Origin: Candidatus Levyibacteriota bacterium
GTDB taxonomy: Bacteria > Patescibacteriota > Microgenomatia > Levybacterales > UBA12049
DNA: 64,000 bases
Assembly (NCBI GenBank): GCA_016182185.1
Contig: JACOXU010000001.1
Span: 115,190-179,189 of the forward strand
Reading direction: 5' to 3'
Below, piece after piece: positions 42,971 through 53,542 of this stretch. Within the stretch, counting starts at the first letter, position 1; each line of letters begins with the position of its first letter. The notes under the pieces are model-generated. The model saw only the letters and a list, made by a program, of their open reading frames with translations, was not told the origin of the DNA and did not search any database. Made by a program: the position numbers and the translations under genes.

Positions 42971-45777
42971 TTACGAAGTACAGTGAAATTCTTACTTTTT
43001 TTTATTTTATCAATTAATGCATTTTTCTTAATATAATCCTCGAATTCTTTAGGCCAATCGTCGATCTCAAGATCAACCTTCTCATCAAGTCTGGTACCTA
43101 ATCTTTTTCTTTCTTCCTGTATTTTTCTAACAATTTCTCTCGCCCTCCACTCAGCTTCAAGCTTTGGGGATTTTTTAAAGTCTAGATCAGCAGATACGGT
43201 ATTTATTTTTACAATATTTGTTATTTCTTTAACGTTAACTTCATCTTTCACTATTACCTTAAGAGACTCGGATAAGCTAATTGGTGTTACTGTTGCTAAA
43301 GAAGCAAGCGGCTGTCTTACTCGTATTCCTTCGGACTTACGCTTGGCAAGTGCAATTTCAACGGTTTGTCGAGCGATATCCATCTCTTCTTCGAGCTTAT
43401 TGTCAATTAAATTTTTATTTTCTTTTGGCCAATCGGCAAGATGAATAGACTCATCTCCTGTTAAATTTATATAAATTTCTTCTGAAATAAATGGTGCAAT
43501 GGGAGCCAAAATTTTAGATAAAGTAATCAAAGCCTCGTAACATGTGCCATAAAAATTAAGCTTATCCCTTTGATCGTCAGCTGTTGGCCCTACTCTGTCT
43601 CTGCTTCTTCTTATATACCATGTCGAAAGTTCATCAATGAATTTCTTAATGTGATCGACAGCTCCAGCAGTATTATAATTTTCAAGATCGTAAGTAACAT
43701 CTATTATCAATTTATTAATTAAAGAAATTATCCATCTGTCTAATAAATGATCGCTTTTATTTCCATTGTTATGTGGAATCCATCTATCTATTGATGCATA
43801 TGTCACAAAAAAATTATATACATTCCATAGAATGAGCATTAGTCCTCTTACCTGGTTTTTATATTGCTCTTCTGATATTAGAATATCTTCTCCCCGCATG
43901 ACCGGACTTCCCAAAAGATACAAGCGAAGAGCATCTCCCCCGTATTTTTCAATCATCTCCTTGGGATCTGGGTAATTACCGTAATTCTTGCTCATCTTTC
44001 GGCCATCAGTACCCAAGATTACTCCTTCAACCAGTACATTTTTAAAAGCATTGGATTCAAAAAGAGCACACCCGATTACATGCACCACATAAAACCAGGC
44101 TCTTATTTGACCTGTATATTCTGCAATAAAGTCCGGCGGAAAAAAGTCTTCTAGTGTTTCTTTTTTATCAAAGGGGAAATGTCTTTCAGCAAATGATGCG
44201 CTACCTGCTTCGATCCAACTATCGAGCACCTCAGGAACCCGACGAGCATCTTTACCACACTTTCTGCATTTAATCGTTACCTCATCAATGTCAGGCTTAT
44301 GAAGTTCGGTGATTTTTCTTCCGCTTAACTCTTCAAGTTCTTTTATTGAACCCGGGACTATTCTTTCTCCGCATTTACATTCCCATACGGGGACAGGAGA
44401 ACCCCAATACCTGCTTCTTGAAATATTCCAGTCAGGGGCACTTTCAAGGCTTTTTAGGAATCTTCCATATTTAAAATGCTTAGGAAACCAGTTCACTTTC
44501 TCATTGGTTTTCTTAAGCTTATCTTTGAGAATCTGGATGTTTACATACCAGGCATCTTGCGGGGCATAATAAAGCCTGGTATGGCATCTCCAGCATAACG
44601 GCACGCTATGAGCATATTCCTCTTCATCGTATAACAAGCCTTTTTCCCTAAGATCCTCATTTACAGCTCTATTTGCTTTAAGATAATACATTCCCCCAAA
44701 TTTCGGTACGCTATCAAGCACATTTCCTTCTTCATCCAGATGGGTGACAATCTGAATATTCTCATTTTTCATGACCGCTAAATCCTCTTCTCCATAAGCT
44801 GCAATTGTGACTACGCCAGTACCTTCTTCAGATGTAACAAAGTTATCCCCTACGATAACAAAAGCTTTTTTGTCAACATCAATCTTATAAAAATCGTAAT
44901 GAGGTATAAATTTCTTGCCTATCAACTCCTTTCCTTTAAAAGGCTTTGAAGCAAGTTCGTATTTACCTTTAATAATTTTTCCGACCGCATCTTTTGCCAG
45001 AATATATATTTCGTTTTTTTGCTTGATCTTCACGTAATCTATATCGGGATTTACTGCCAAAGCAGGAGTCACGATTTTATTCCAGGGAGTAGTTGACCAG
45101 GCAAGAATATAGGTTTTTGGCTCATCTGGAATCTGATATTTATATACGCTTGCCAAATCTTTCATGTCTTTATAATTATCTGAATCCATTGCTACTTCAA
45201 AATTTGATATCGGAGTCGAACAGTGAGGACAATACAAAGAAACACGAAGGCCCTTGTAGATATATCCTTTGTCGTACATTTGCTTAAACACCCACATGAC
45301 ACTCTCCATATAGGAAAAGTCCATCGTCTTATAGGCATTCTTAAAATCCACCCAGCGGCCAATGTGATCAATGTACCATTCCCATTCACTTGAAACATTT
45401 TCTACATAAAGCTTGCACTCATCTATAAATTTTTTTATTCCTATTTTTTCTTCGATATCTTTCTTCCTTTTGATTCCGAGTTTCTCCTCAACCTTGTTCT
45501 CGGCAGGAAGCCCATGACAGTCCCAGCCCCATACTCTTCTGACTCGATATCCTTTCATTGCCCAGAATCTGGGGAAAACATCTTTGGGAATACTTGACAG
45601 GAGACTTCCGTAATGGGGAAGTCCGGTTATGAAAGGCGGACCATCAAGAAACGTCCATTTCTTATCTTTTGGTCTTGATTCAACAGATTTTTCAAATATT
45701 TTATTTTCTTTCCAATACTTAATAATTTCCTCTTCCATTTGAGGAAAATTTATTTTGGGATCAACAGGTTTAAACAT
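42967..45777 (-). CDS. ileS: isoleucine--tRNA ligase (type-2, eukaryote/archaeal-like)
   Basis: DGPPFITGLPHYGS (HIGH region in the type-2 'GLPHYGH' context) and KMSKN. Zn-ribbon CxxC…CxxC near the C-terminus. 936 aa. Confidence 0.85.
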   Translation of the reverse strand: MFKPVDPKINFPQMEEEIIKYWKENKIFEKSVESRPKDKKWTFLDGPPFITGLPHYGSLLSSIPKDVFPRFWAMKGYRVRRVWGWDCHGLPAENKVEEKLGIKRKKDIEEKIGIKKFIDECKLYVENVSSEWEWYIDHIGRWVDFKNAYKTMDFSYMESVMWVFKQMYDKGYIYKGLRVSLYCPHCSTPISNFEVAMDSDNYKDMKDLASVYKYQIPDEPKTYILAWSTTPWNKIVTPALAVNPDIDYVKIKQKNEIYILAKDAVGKIIKGKYELASKPFKGKELIGKKFIPHYDFYKIDVDKKAFVIVGDNFVTSEEGTGVVTIAAYGEEDLAVMKNENIQIVTHLDEEGNVLDSVPKFGGMYYLKANRAVNEDLREKGLLYDEEEYAHSVPLCWRCHTRLYYAPQDAWYVNIQILKDKLKKTNEKVNWFPKHFKYGRFLKSLESAPDWNISRSRYWGSPVPVWECKCGERIVPGSIKELEELSGRKITELHKPDIDEVTIKCRKCGKDARRVPEVLDSWIEAGSASFAERHFPFDKKETLEDFFPPDFIAEYTGQIRAWFYVVHVIGCALFESNAFKNVLVEGVILGTDGRKMSKNYGNYPDPKEMIEKYGGDALRLYLLGSPVMRGEDILISEEQYKNQVRGLMLILWNVYNFFVTYASIDRWIPHNNGNKSDHLLDRWIISLINKLIIDVTYDLENYNTAGAVDHIKKFIDELSTWYIRRSRDRVGPTADDQRDKLNFYGTCYEALITLSKILAPIAPFISEEIYINLTGDESIHLADWPKENKNLIDNKLEEEMDIARQTVEIALAKRKSEGIRVRQPLASLATVTPISLSESLKVIVKDEVNVKEITNIVKINTVSADLDFKKSPKLEAEWRAREIVRKIQEERKRLGTRLDEKVDLEIDDWPKEFEDYIKKNALIDKIKKSKNFTVLRK

Positions 45778-45808
45778 GAATTAATTCTAGCCTAAAAATA
45801 CGCTTAGT

Positions 45809-47362
45809 TCAAGGAGAGTGTAGAATTTTAAATTTCTTATCAAGATACAGCCATATTTGAGTTATCGGATCGAAAAAATCTATCCTTCTTCTGCTTGCTC
45901 TCATATTTTTAACGGCGGGATATGAAGATTTTTCCTTTTTTGCGATTGAATATATTATTAAGTTATCTTCTTCACTAATCTTCTTATATTCATAAACCAA
46001 ATATTTTGTTAATAAGGGTTTAAGCAAATATGAATGTTTATACGAAAGAGATAGGGAATGCAAGTATGGACCCGAATACAAGCCGTACGGATCAGATACT
46101 GCCGATGATGTAATAAATATTTTCTTTCTATTTTTTAGGTATTCGTTTAGTTTTTCCTCTAATCCGCCCTCAATTGTACTTAGCACTTCACCGTTATAAC
46201 TTTCTTTTATATACGGTTTTTCAAAATGGCTGATAATTAATAAACCTTTGGGCAAATTTTTTACAAAATTTGCCTCGACAAGATACGGAACATTTTTAAG
46301 AAGGGGTAATTGAGGAAATGTTGTGAATATCAAATACAATATAATTAAAAACGCATATTTAATATTTTTGTTTATCAACAAAGAAGTCAAAATTGCCAAC
46401 CCAAATCCGGTAATCACTGAATGACGGCCAAAAAATAGTGAGTCCCAAGCTTGATTAAGAATTATTGAAGGAAGAACAAGAAGAAATAACAGCCAAAAAT
46501 ATTTTTTATTTGAAAAAAATAATTTGAAGATTGAAATAAACCCTAAAATCACAATCAGATTAGTGTTATTTCGCAAAAGAGGAATAATAAAATTACGAAG
46601 ATAAACGAAAAAATCATATATTGAAAAATCTTTTGGAATATCGCCTTGATGACTAAAATATGAAACAAGAAAAGCATTGGCAAATGATATGCTGGAAGAA
46701 TAAGCTAAAAGATAAACGCTTATTGATCCAAAAAGGGATAAACTGATTAGAAAATACAAAGATACCTTATATACAATTTTCTTATTTAAGAAATAGCAAA
46801 GAGCGATAAGAAAAGGTAGCCATAAAATAACACTAAATTGTATAAAAAAGGAAAATCCAAAGAAAAACGAACTTAATAAAAGAAAGAAAATTTTCTTTTT
46901 CTTAAGATAAAGCAAAAGAAAATATAGCGAAAATATAAAAAATGATACATATGTTGTTTCGATCATTACAGTTAGATTTGCGATCCAATAAAGTGGAAAA
47001 AGAGAGGCAAATATTGTAGAAAAAAGTGCTGTTTTTTCATCAAATAAAATCTTTACGGATTTATAAAAGAAATAGATAGAGAAAGTTGCAAGTATTACTT
47101 GAGAAAATAGTACTAAATATAAAGAACTAAAATTTATAAACTTGGCAAAATTAAATATTGGCCAAAATAACAGAATGTATCCTGCGTGATAGGGAATATG
47201 TCCTGAAACTATAGCTGTGAATAGATTATTTTCAGATAATCTTCTTGCATATTCCGATGAGTCAAACATTACAGGATCTGTGGTTATAAAAAAAATCCTT
47301 GAAAGAAAAAATAAAAAAATAAGTATAAATAGTGATTTATTTTTAATTTTTCTCAAAATCAT
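45809..47362 (-). CDS. GT-C-like polytopic membrane protein (ArnT/PMT-like)
   Basis: 517 aa, more than 10 TM helices. First-loop acidic motif MFDSSEYARR resembles the ArnT DExRYA region. Confidence 0.45.
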   Translation of the reverse strand: MILRKIKNKSLFILIFLFFLSRIFFITTDPVMFDSSEYARRLSENNLFTAIVSGHIPYHAGYILLFWPIFNFAKFINFSSLYLVLFSQVILATFSIYFFYKSVKILFDEKTALFSTIFASLFPLYWIANLTVMIETTYVSFFIFSLYFLLLYLKKKKIFFLLLSSFFFGFSFFIQFSVILWLPFLIALCYFLNKKIVYKVSLYFLISLSLFGSISVYLLAYSSSISFANAFLVSYFSHQGDIPKDFSIYDFFVYLRNFIIPLLRNNTNLIVILGFISIFKLFFSNKKYFWLLFLLVLPSIILNQAWDSLFFGRHSVITGFGLAILTSLLINKNIKYAFLIILYLIFTTFPQLPLLKNVPYLVEANFVKNLPKGLLIISHFEKPYIKESYNGEVLSTIEGGLEEKLNEYLKNRKKIFITSSAVSDPYGLYSGPYLHSLSLSYKHSYLLKPLLTKYLVYEYKKISEEDNLIIYSIAKKEKSSYPAVKNMRASRRRIDFFDPITQIWLYLDKKFKILHSP

Positions 47363-47415
47363 TAGTTGAAGTATATCAAATTAATTGTGGTAGAATATTT
47401 TTTTGTTTGTAAAAT

Positions 47416-48954
47416 TTATTTAGTATTTCTTTTATACAATGATACTAAATACTCACCCTCTATCTCAGAATTATATATATTTTTATATCTCATAAAGAAT
47501 TCTAAAGGTAAATTCTTACTATCTCCCCTAGTTACCACTACGTAATCAGCGTCTGTTTTCTCATCAGAATATCCTTTGTTTATCAAATCTTTTCTTAGAG
47601 ATGGAAAAACATATTTTGGGGTAACTATAAGAGCAACTGAAGATCCCTGAGGTAAATTTTTATTGATCCAAAAACCTATTTCTCTTTGTCCTTCTCCCCA
47701 CCAAGAAAATTCATAATCTTTTCCAGAGGCTTCCTTTGAGCCTCCTATTATTTGATTGTAGTAATCAAGATAATAAGGATATGCCCGTGCCATATCCCAA
47801 ATCATAAAAATTACCAGAATGACCAGTAAAAAAGCAAACTTGCCTTTAAGTATTTTTGAAAAACCAAATGCTGAAAGGATAGCAATTGCAGGATAAATAA
47901 CGAAAATGTATCTGGTTCCCCCCATCTGAATACTTACTAACGAGAAAAACATCAGTGCCGAGAAAAACCACCACAGAAGCAAAATCAAAAAATAATTCCT
48001 CTTTGTAAATCCTACAAATATTCCAATGATCAATCCTAAGATAATCGGGACAGGAGTTGTGACCAAAAGTCTTCCTACAAAATAAAATGACGGGCCTATC
48101 GGTCTTACCTGATTTTCTTGGAAAGTTAATAGCAAATATTTTGGGAATTCACTCCACATAAGAGGCCAAATAGCGATCCCCAAGAAGAAAGAAATTAAGG
48201 GAATCAAAATAAGCCTCCAATTAAATACTTCCATCTTTTTGTTGAATAGATAATGAATTAAAAGCCACCCTGTCAAAAATAAAAAAACATAAATATTGTT
48301 ATACCTAGTCCAAAAAAGTAAACCACATAAAAAGCCGATGATAACATAAAGTTTTGTTATTTTTGGATTCTTAAGTAAATGGTAGAAAAAAAATGCCGTC
48401 AAGCTAAAAAGGAAAACCGACAATGACTCATAAGTTATTAGCTGTCCCATTACGAGAAAACGGGGAGTCAAGACAAGAAACAAACCAGGAACCAAAACCC
48501 AATAACCTTTGAGCATAAAAAATGCCAGAATTGTAACAACCGCAATGGCAATACTGTTAAAAAGTGCTGATGCTATTCGGGGAAAAGTAAAATCATAATT
48601 AACTGCAAAAAGCTTCTCGTTTAACTGAGTTATAATATAATTTCCATTGCTTATTTGAGTAATTTCATTTGGTAGTAAAAAGCTACGAAGATTACCACGA
48701 CCGTCATCAAGCCTAATCATTTCAGGCCTAATGAATAATCCGTAAACATACTTGGCTACCATAGGATGCTCTTCTCCTATTTTCCATGAATCAGTGGAAA
48801 AATCACCTGCAAAAATTCTATCCCACGCGATATAACCCATATCGACTTTAAATTGCTCATCCCAGGTTCTGCCGATTTTATTTATCCCAATCAAATGAGA
48901 AATTATTGCAATAAAGAAAATAAATATAACTAATAGCGGTTTATTATTTTCCAC
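47416..48954 (-). CDS. PMT/ArnT-like GT-C membrane glycosyltransferase
   Basis: Loop-1 DE motif (GRTWDEQFKVDMGY) after TM1. 512 aa, polytopic. Confidence 0.5.
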   Translation of the reverse strand: MENNKPLLVIFIFFIAIISHLIGINKIGRTWDEQFKVDMGYIAWDRIFAGDFSTDSWKIGEEHPMVAKYVYGLFIRPEMIRLDDGRGNLRSFLLPNEITQISNGNYIITQLNEKLFAVNYDFTFPRIASALFNSIAIAVVTILAFFMLKGYWVLVPGLFLVLTPRFLVMGQLITYESLSVFLFSLTAFFFYHLLKNPKITKLYVIIGFLCGLLFWTRYNNIYVFLFLTGWLLIHYLFNKKMEVFNWRLILIPLISFFLGIAIWPLMWSEFPKYLLLTFQENQVRPIGPSFYFVGRLLVTTPVPIILGLIIGIFVGFTKRNYFLILLLWWFFSALMFFSLVSIQMGGTRYIFVIYPAIAILSAFGFSKILKGKFAFLLVILVIFMIWDMARAYPYYLDYYNQIIGGSKEASGKDYEFSWWGEGQREIGFWINKNLPQGSSVALIVTPKYVFPSLRKDLINKGYSDEKTDADYVVVTRGDSKNLPLEFFMRYKNIYNSEIEGEYLVSLYKRNTK

Positions 48955-49159
48955 TTACTAAATTATAAACCTAAAGATCGGCAATACTCAATTAGATTCA
49001 ATCTTATATATTGTGATAAAATAATTTTGATGCTAGATTGGTGGAAATCGCTTTCTTTTACAGAACGGTTAATTTTGTTTTCCCTATTAATTCTGCTTTT
49101 GATAATCTTGTACTGGGGATACCGCCATCCTCAATGGCTCGGCTGATCAGATTGGCAAA

Positions 49160-49840
49160 TCAAAAGTATTTTAATAACTCAGTTAAAGATTCAACTATGA
49201 TATCCGGGTTCTCTTTCTTGAGTCTTTCTTTTACATGGTAACCATTAGTGACCGCGACTGATTTAATTCCCGCTTGCCTTGCTACTTGTATATCATAAAT
49301 AGTATCGCCAATGTAATATGTATCGCTATTTGCTTTAAAATTTTCTAGAACATTTTGTATCCCAGTCACTTTGTCCCGCACACTTCCTATGAATTCATCA
49401 AAAAAATGATAGACCTCATATTCCTTTGCTTCTTCTTCTAAATTTTGCGCAGGATGAACGCTTATGACAAAAAGCTTGGATCCGTTGTGAGATAATTTTC
49501 TAATAACCTTACGTGCGTCAGGGTAAATTGTGGGATGAATATCTGATTTTCTTACTCTATCAAACGTTTCCTTATATTCACTGAGAGCTTTTTCAGGTTT
49601 TGTCTTAACTCCATAAGATCCTAATAGCTCAACAACGCTTTGCCTAGTGTTAATCAGCCAATCTTCAAAACTGACTCTTTTTTTGCCATACTTTTCAAGA
49701 AGTAACATATTTGCTTCATAAACCGGCTGTCTATCATCGCTTATCACCCCACTCCAATCAAAAATTAGAATATTCTTCATACTATGATTATACAACAGCT
49801 TTAACTTCTTGATATAATCCAATAAATGACAAGTCATCAA
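49160..49840 (-). CDS. HAD-superfamily hydrolase
   Basis: Motif I-like ILIFDWSGV and motif IV YYIGDTIYDIQVARQAG. The real start is probably the internal Met (MKNILIFD) near 49780. Confidence 0.55.
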   Translation of the reverse strand: MMTCHLLDYIKKLKLLYNHSMKNILIFDWSGVISDDRQPVYEANMLLLEKYGKKRVSFEDWLINTRQSVVELLGSYGVKTKPEKALSEYKETFDRVRKSDIHPTIYPDARKVIRKLSHNGSKLFVISVHPAQNLEEEAKEYEVYHFFDEFIGSVRDKVTGIQNVLENFKANSDTYYIGDTIYDIQVARQAGIKSVAVTNGYHVKERLKKENPDIIVESLTELLKYF

Positions 49841-50512
49841 CAGAAGCAGATTGAAGTTATAAATCAGATAGAAAAACGAGTAAAAAATAATTCTCTAAAT
49901 TTCAGTACTGTATCTCCTGTAAAGGATTATATAAATGACACAAGAGTCTGCTTAACAAGCGTTCATTTACCCAATCAAAGTCTTTTAAAAGAAATTAAAG
50001 AATCATTTATAGAACCATTGATTAATATTGAGCCGGATTACTACTATTACAACGAAAGTTCTCTACATATAACAATTAAAAGCGTTAGAGTAATAAACGA
50101 TCCTCCACATTTTACAGAAGAGACTGTATCCAAGGCAAAAAAGGTTTTTTCAGAAGTTATACCAAGCCATAAAAAATTCAAAGTGTATTTTTATCGTTTT
50201 CTTCTTTTTCCAAATAATCTTACATTAGTTGGTACCACTGATCCTGAATTTGATGAACTGTTTATTGATTTAGATAAAAAGCTGAATGAAGAAGGAATAC
50301 CAGATGATAAAAAATACAGTAATCCAGAATATTACTTCGTAAATATGACCCTTGTAAGATTCCCTGCGCCTTCTGATAAAATTAAAGCAAAAATTAAAGA
50401 ACTGTTATCCAAATTTCCTCTTAGGTCCTATATGGTTGACTCTGTAACTCTTTTGACATGTAACGCTGTTTTTAAAAAGCGAAGGATTATTAACAGCTGG
50501 AAATTGAAGTAG
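49826..50512 (+). CDS. hypothetical protein (possible 2H-phosphoesterase-like fold with a degenerate second motif)
   Basis: One HxTx motif (LHITIKS). About 95 aa downstream the equivalent position reads NMTLV. Confidence 0.3.
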   Translation: MTSHQQKQIEVINQIEKRVKNNSLNFSTVSPVKDYINDTRVCLTSVHLPNQSLLKEIKESFIEPLINIEPDYYYYNESSLHITIKSVRVINDPPHFTEETVSKAKKVFSEVIPSHKKFKVYFYRFLLFPNNLTLVGTTDPEFDELFIDLDKKLNEEGIPDDKKYSNPEYYFVNMTLVRFPAPSDKIKAKIKELLSKFPLRSYMVDSVTLLTCNAVFKKRRIINSWKLK

Positions 50513-50587
50513 TATAAACTTTTCCTAAAAAATAAAGCAAATATATCAAGTTTGTTTAAAATGTATATACATGATATACTCTTTTAT

Positions 50588-50713
50588 ATGAAAGACGAAC
50601 AGATTAAGAGATATGAACAAAAAAATCCCAAAAAGGCTAAGGTGATCAAAAAGGCTATCGATCAGGGAGTCAAACAGTATGAAGAAACCTTCAGGAGACT
50701 CGCTGCAGCCTAA
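50588..50713 (+). CDS. small ORF (41 aa), candidate antitoxin partner of Doc
   Basis: ATG at 50588, Lys-rich sequence [41 protein letters not shown], stop at 50711-50713. It overlaps the doc-like ORF by 35 nt in a different frame. Below the ORF-track size cutoff. Confidence 0.3.
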   Translation: MKDEQIKRYEQKNPKKAKVIKKAIDQGVKQYEETFRRLAAA

Positions 50714-51122
50714 CTGGATAGATATTGAAGATTTCGAATTTATTTGTTTTAACCTTACTCGAGAATTACTTTCCTTCGACGAACCAATACCCGACTACTC
50801 AACTAGAGATAATTCATTGTTGGAATCATCGCTTGCCTCTCCAAGACAAGCATATGAAATAACTGGCGCAGGTCTTACAGAACAAGCTGCAATATTGTTT
50901 TATTCCTTAATAAAAAATCATCCTTTTCGAAATGGAAATAAAAGAATAGCGGTAATTAGTATTCTTGTTTTCCTTAGCTTAAATAAGAAATGGCTTGATA
51001 TCCCTCCTCATCTACTTTACAAACTTGCTGTCATAGTTGCAACGTCTTCTCCCAATATAAGAAGTGAGGTTCTAAAAGACACAAAAGGGATACTTGAGGA
51101 ATATATTATAGATAAAATCTAA
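50679..51122 (+). CDS. doc: Doc (death-on-curing)/Fic-family toxin
   Basis: Doc-type motif HPFRNGNKR (nt 50922-50948) matches HxFx[DN]GNKR. The whole 147-aa sequence is collinear with Doc-family toxins. Confidence 0.75.
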   Translation: MKKPSGDSLQPNWIDIEDFEFICFNLTRELLSFDEPIPDYSTRDNSLLESSLASPRQAYEITGAGLTEQAAILFYSLIKNHPFRNGNKRIAVISILVFLSLNKKWLDIPPHLLYKLAVIVATSSPNIRSEVLKDTKGILEEYIIDKI

Positions 51123-52204
51123 TTCCTTTGCCTCAAAAATGCGGGGATTTCGAATACGTCTTCTTCCTCTTCAATTACTTCTTCATTTCCCTGAACTTTT
51201 ACCTCTTCTGTCTTTTTCTCAGGAACTACGAATTCCTTAAGCACTTGTCTTGTCTGATCAAATCCTGTAGCAATTACAGTAATTTTGATCTGATCGTGCA
51301 TGCTTTCATCAACTGTAGCGCCAAAAATGATATTTGCATCCGGATCTGCGGCAGATGAGATAATTTTGGCAGCTTCATCGACCTCGCTCATGGTTATATC
51401 GGGCCCTCCTGTGATATTAAATAGCACTCCGCGTGCTCCGTTCATCGAGATCTCAAGAAGAGGAGAGGCAATGGCCGATCTTGCGGCAGCTTGTGCTCTG
51501 TTTTCCCCAACGCCGGTGCCAATTCCCATAAGAGCAGATCCTGCACTTGACATAATTGTCCGAACGTCGGCAAAATCAACATTAATAAGACCGGGTAAAG
51601 TGATAAGATCTGAAATTCCCTGGACACCCTGTGTAAGCACTGAATCTGCGACCTTAAATGCCTCAAGAAGCGAGAGTTTCTTGTCAACCACATCTAGAAT
51701 TCTTTGATTGGGAATTACAATTAAAGTGTCTACCTTATCCTTTAGGTCTTCAATCCCGTCCTCTGCCGCAACCATTCTTCTTGTTCCCTCAAAAGAAAAT
51801 GGTTTAGTAACTACTGCAATCGTTAATGCGCCTATTTCCTTCGCAATTTTGGCAATTATGGGCGATGCGCCTGTACCTGTGCCTCCACCCATTCCGGCTG
51901 CGATAAAGACCATGTCAGAGCCCTCAAGCATGTCTTTGATCTTTTCCGAAGATTCTTCAGCTGCCTGACGTCCAAGCTCTGGATCTCCGCCTGAACCTAA
52001 GCCCTTAGTAAGGTTTTCTCCGATTTGCACCTTGGTGGCGGACTGGGACATAAGAAGTGATTGCGCATCTGTGTTGACTGCCACAAAATCACATCCTTGA
52101 ATTTGGCCTGTCGCAATCATGGAGTTTAAAGCATTATTTCCGCCGCCGCCTATACCCATTACTCTTATCTTGGCGAAATTTGTAGTTTGTGGCTTAATAA
52201 GCAT
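51119..52204 (-). CDS. ftsZ: cell division GTPase FtsZ
   Basis: GIGGGGNNA and the tubulin signature GGGTGTG. Acidic C-terminal tail. Confidence 0.95.
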   Translation of the reverse strand: MLIKPQTTNFAKIRVMGIGGGGNNALNSMIATGQIQGCDFVAVNTDAQSLLMSQSATKVQIGENLTKGLGSGGDPELGRQAAEESSEKIKDMLEGSDMVFIAAGMGGGTGTGASPIIAKIAKEIGALTIAVVTKPFSFEGTRRMVAAEDGIEDLKDKVDTLIVIPNQRILDVVDKKLSLLEAFKVADSVLTQGVQGISDLITLPGLINVDFADVRTIMSSAGSALMGIGTGVGENRAQAAARSAIASPLLEISMNGARGVLFNITGGPDITMSEVDEAAKIISSAADPDANIIFGATVDESMHDQIKITVIATGFDQTRQVLKEFVVPEKKTEEVKVQGNEEVIEEEEDVFEIPAFLRQRN

Positions 52205-52246
52205 AGGTACACTAAATGTAGCAGATTAATTTATTTTTTGCAAGCA

Positions 52247-53539
52247 TTACGGGATAAATGATTTAATAAGATCAATTACTTTTGTAAGTACCTTATTTAC
52301 TCTTAAATTTGGGATCTGAGGAACTGATATGCCAAAGGGAAGATTCGCCTGCGATTCCAAAGTTGCACCATAACCGATAAGGCCTATTACGGTAGAAAAG
52401 GCAGGAGTCTGAACTTCATCAATAATTCCCTTCAAATTTGTCGACATTCCGATTCTGACAGGCATAGCAAGTGTTCTTTTGGCGCTCTCGGTAACCCCAA
52501 CTGTAAGAGCTCCACCGCCTGTTATAACGATCCCCGAGGGAGTCTGGCCGGCAAATCCACTTTTTTTCATTTCAAGTCCTATAAATGTGAAGATTTCATT
52601 AAGTCTTGGTCTTATAATCCCATCCACCAATGTCTTTTTTGACACTTTGCTGATATCTTCTGCCAGATGAAGAGATGAGAGATCGATTTCATCAGCATGT
52701 TTTGGAACAGTATCTTCTTTTTCCTCTTCCTCTGTTACCTTGGCAGGCTTAGGGGGGTTTGAAAGAAATAGTTTAATTTTCTCTGCAGACTCAAGAGAAA
52801 TTCTAAGACCGATGGCCAAATCATTGGTGATATGCCTTGCTCCGATTGATAAAACCGAAGAATAGGCAACAGAACCTTCGACGTAAATTGAAATATCAGT
52901 CGTTCCTGCTCCAATATCAACCAGAACCACTCCGAGTTCTTTCTCCGTATCCGACAGAACAGACAAGCTGCTTGCGTATCCTGAAAAAATAACTGCATCA
53001 ACATCAACCCCTACTTCTGACATGGCTTTTTCAAGGTTTCTGATTGCTGTAGTATTGGCAGAAACAATATGAGTATCTACTTCTAGCCTTATGCCGCTCA
53101 TGCCGATTGGGTCTTTAATACCCTCCTGCCCGTCTACAGTGTAATTTCTGGGAAGAACGTGGATAATTTCTCTGCTCGAAGGAAGTGAAACTGCTTTGGC
53201 GGCATCAATTACCCTGACTAGATCATTTTGGGTTATTTCTCCATCAGGCGTTGAAACAGCGACCACCCCTTTTGAGTTCATCGACTCAATATGCCCACCG
53301 CCTATTGAGGCGACGACATGCGAGGCCGAATAGCCCGCCATTCTTTCTGCCCCCTCCAAAGAACTATTTACAGAGGAAACTGCTTCTTCTATGTCTACGA
53401 TCTGTCCGCGTCTTATTCCATTTGCTCTTGTCTCTGAGACTCCGAGAATATTTATAGACTCGTCTACTTTAGCTATAACTGTCACGATCTTGGACGTTCC
53501 AATATCGATACCTACTACAATCTTCCCTTCATTTTTCAT
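52247..53539 (-). CDS. ftsA: cell division protein FtsA
   Basis: Actin-fold phosphate-1 VGIDIGTSKI and VDIGAGTTD. 430 aa. Upstream of ftsZ. Confidence 0.9.
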   Translation of the reverse strand: MKNEGKIVVGIDIGTSKIVTVIAKVDESINILGVSETRANGIRRGQIVDIEEAVSSVNSSLEGAERMAGYSASHVVASIGGGHIESMNSKGVVAVSTPDGEITQNDLVRVIDAAKAVSLPSSREIIHVLPRNYTVDGQEGIKDPIGMSGIRLEVDTHIVSANTTAIRNLEKAMSEVGVDVDAVIFSGYASSLSVLSDTEKELGVVLVDIGAGTTDISIYVEGSVAYSSVLSIGARHITNDLAIGLRISLESAEKIKLFLSNPPKPAKVTEEEEKEDTVPKHADEIDLSSLHLAEDISKVSKKTLVDGIIRPRLNEIFTFIGLEMKKSGFAGQTPSGIVITGGGALTVGVTESAKRTLAMPVRIGMSTNLKGIIDEVQTPAFSTVIGLIGYGATLESQANLPFGISVPQIPNLRVNKVLTKVIDLIKSFIP

Positions 53540-53542
53540 AAA

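Noticed and set aside
51128-51968. Plus-strand ORFs 51128-51358, 51300-51707 and 51708-51968, and minus-strand 51442-51693, overlapping ftsZ
   Set aside because: They are antisense or alternate-frame to a very well supported ftsZ CDS. The open frames are typical of GC-richer Gly/Ala-rich coding sequence, and none has a recognisable motif.
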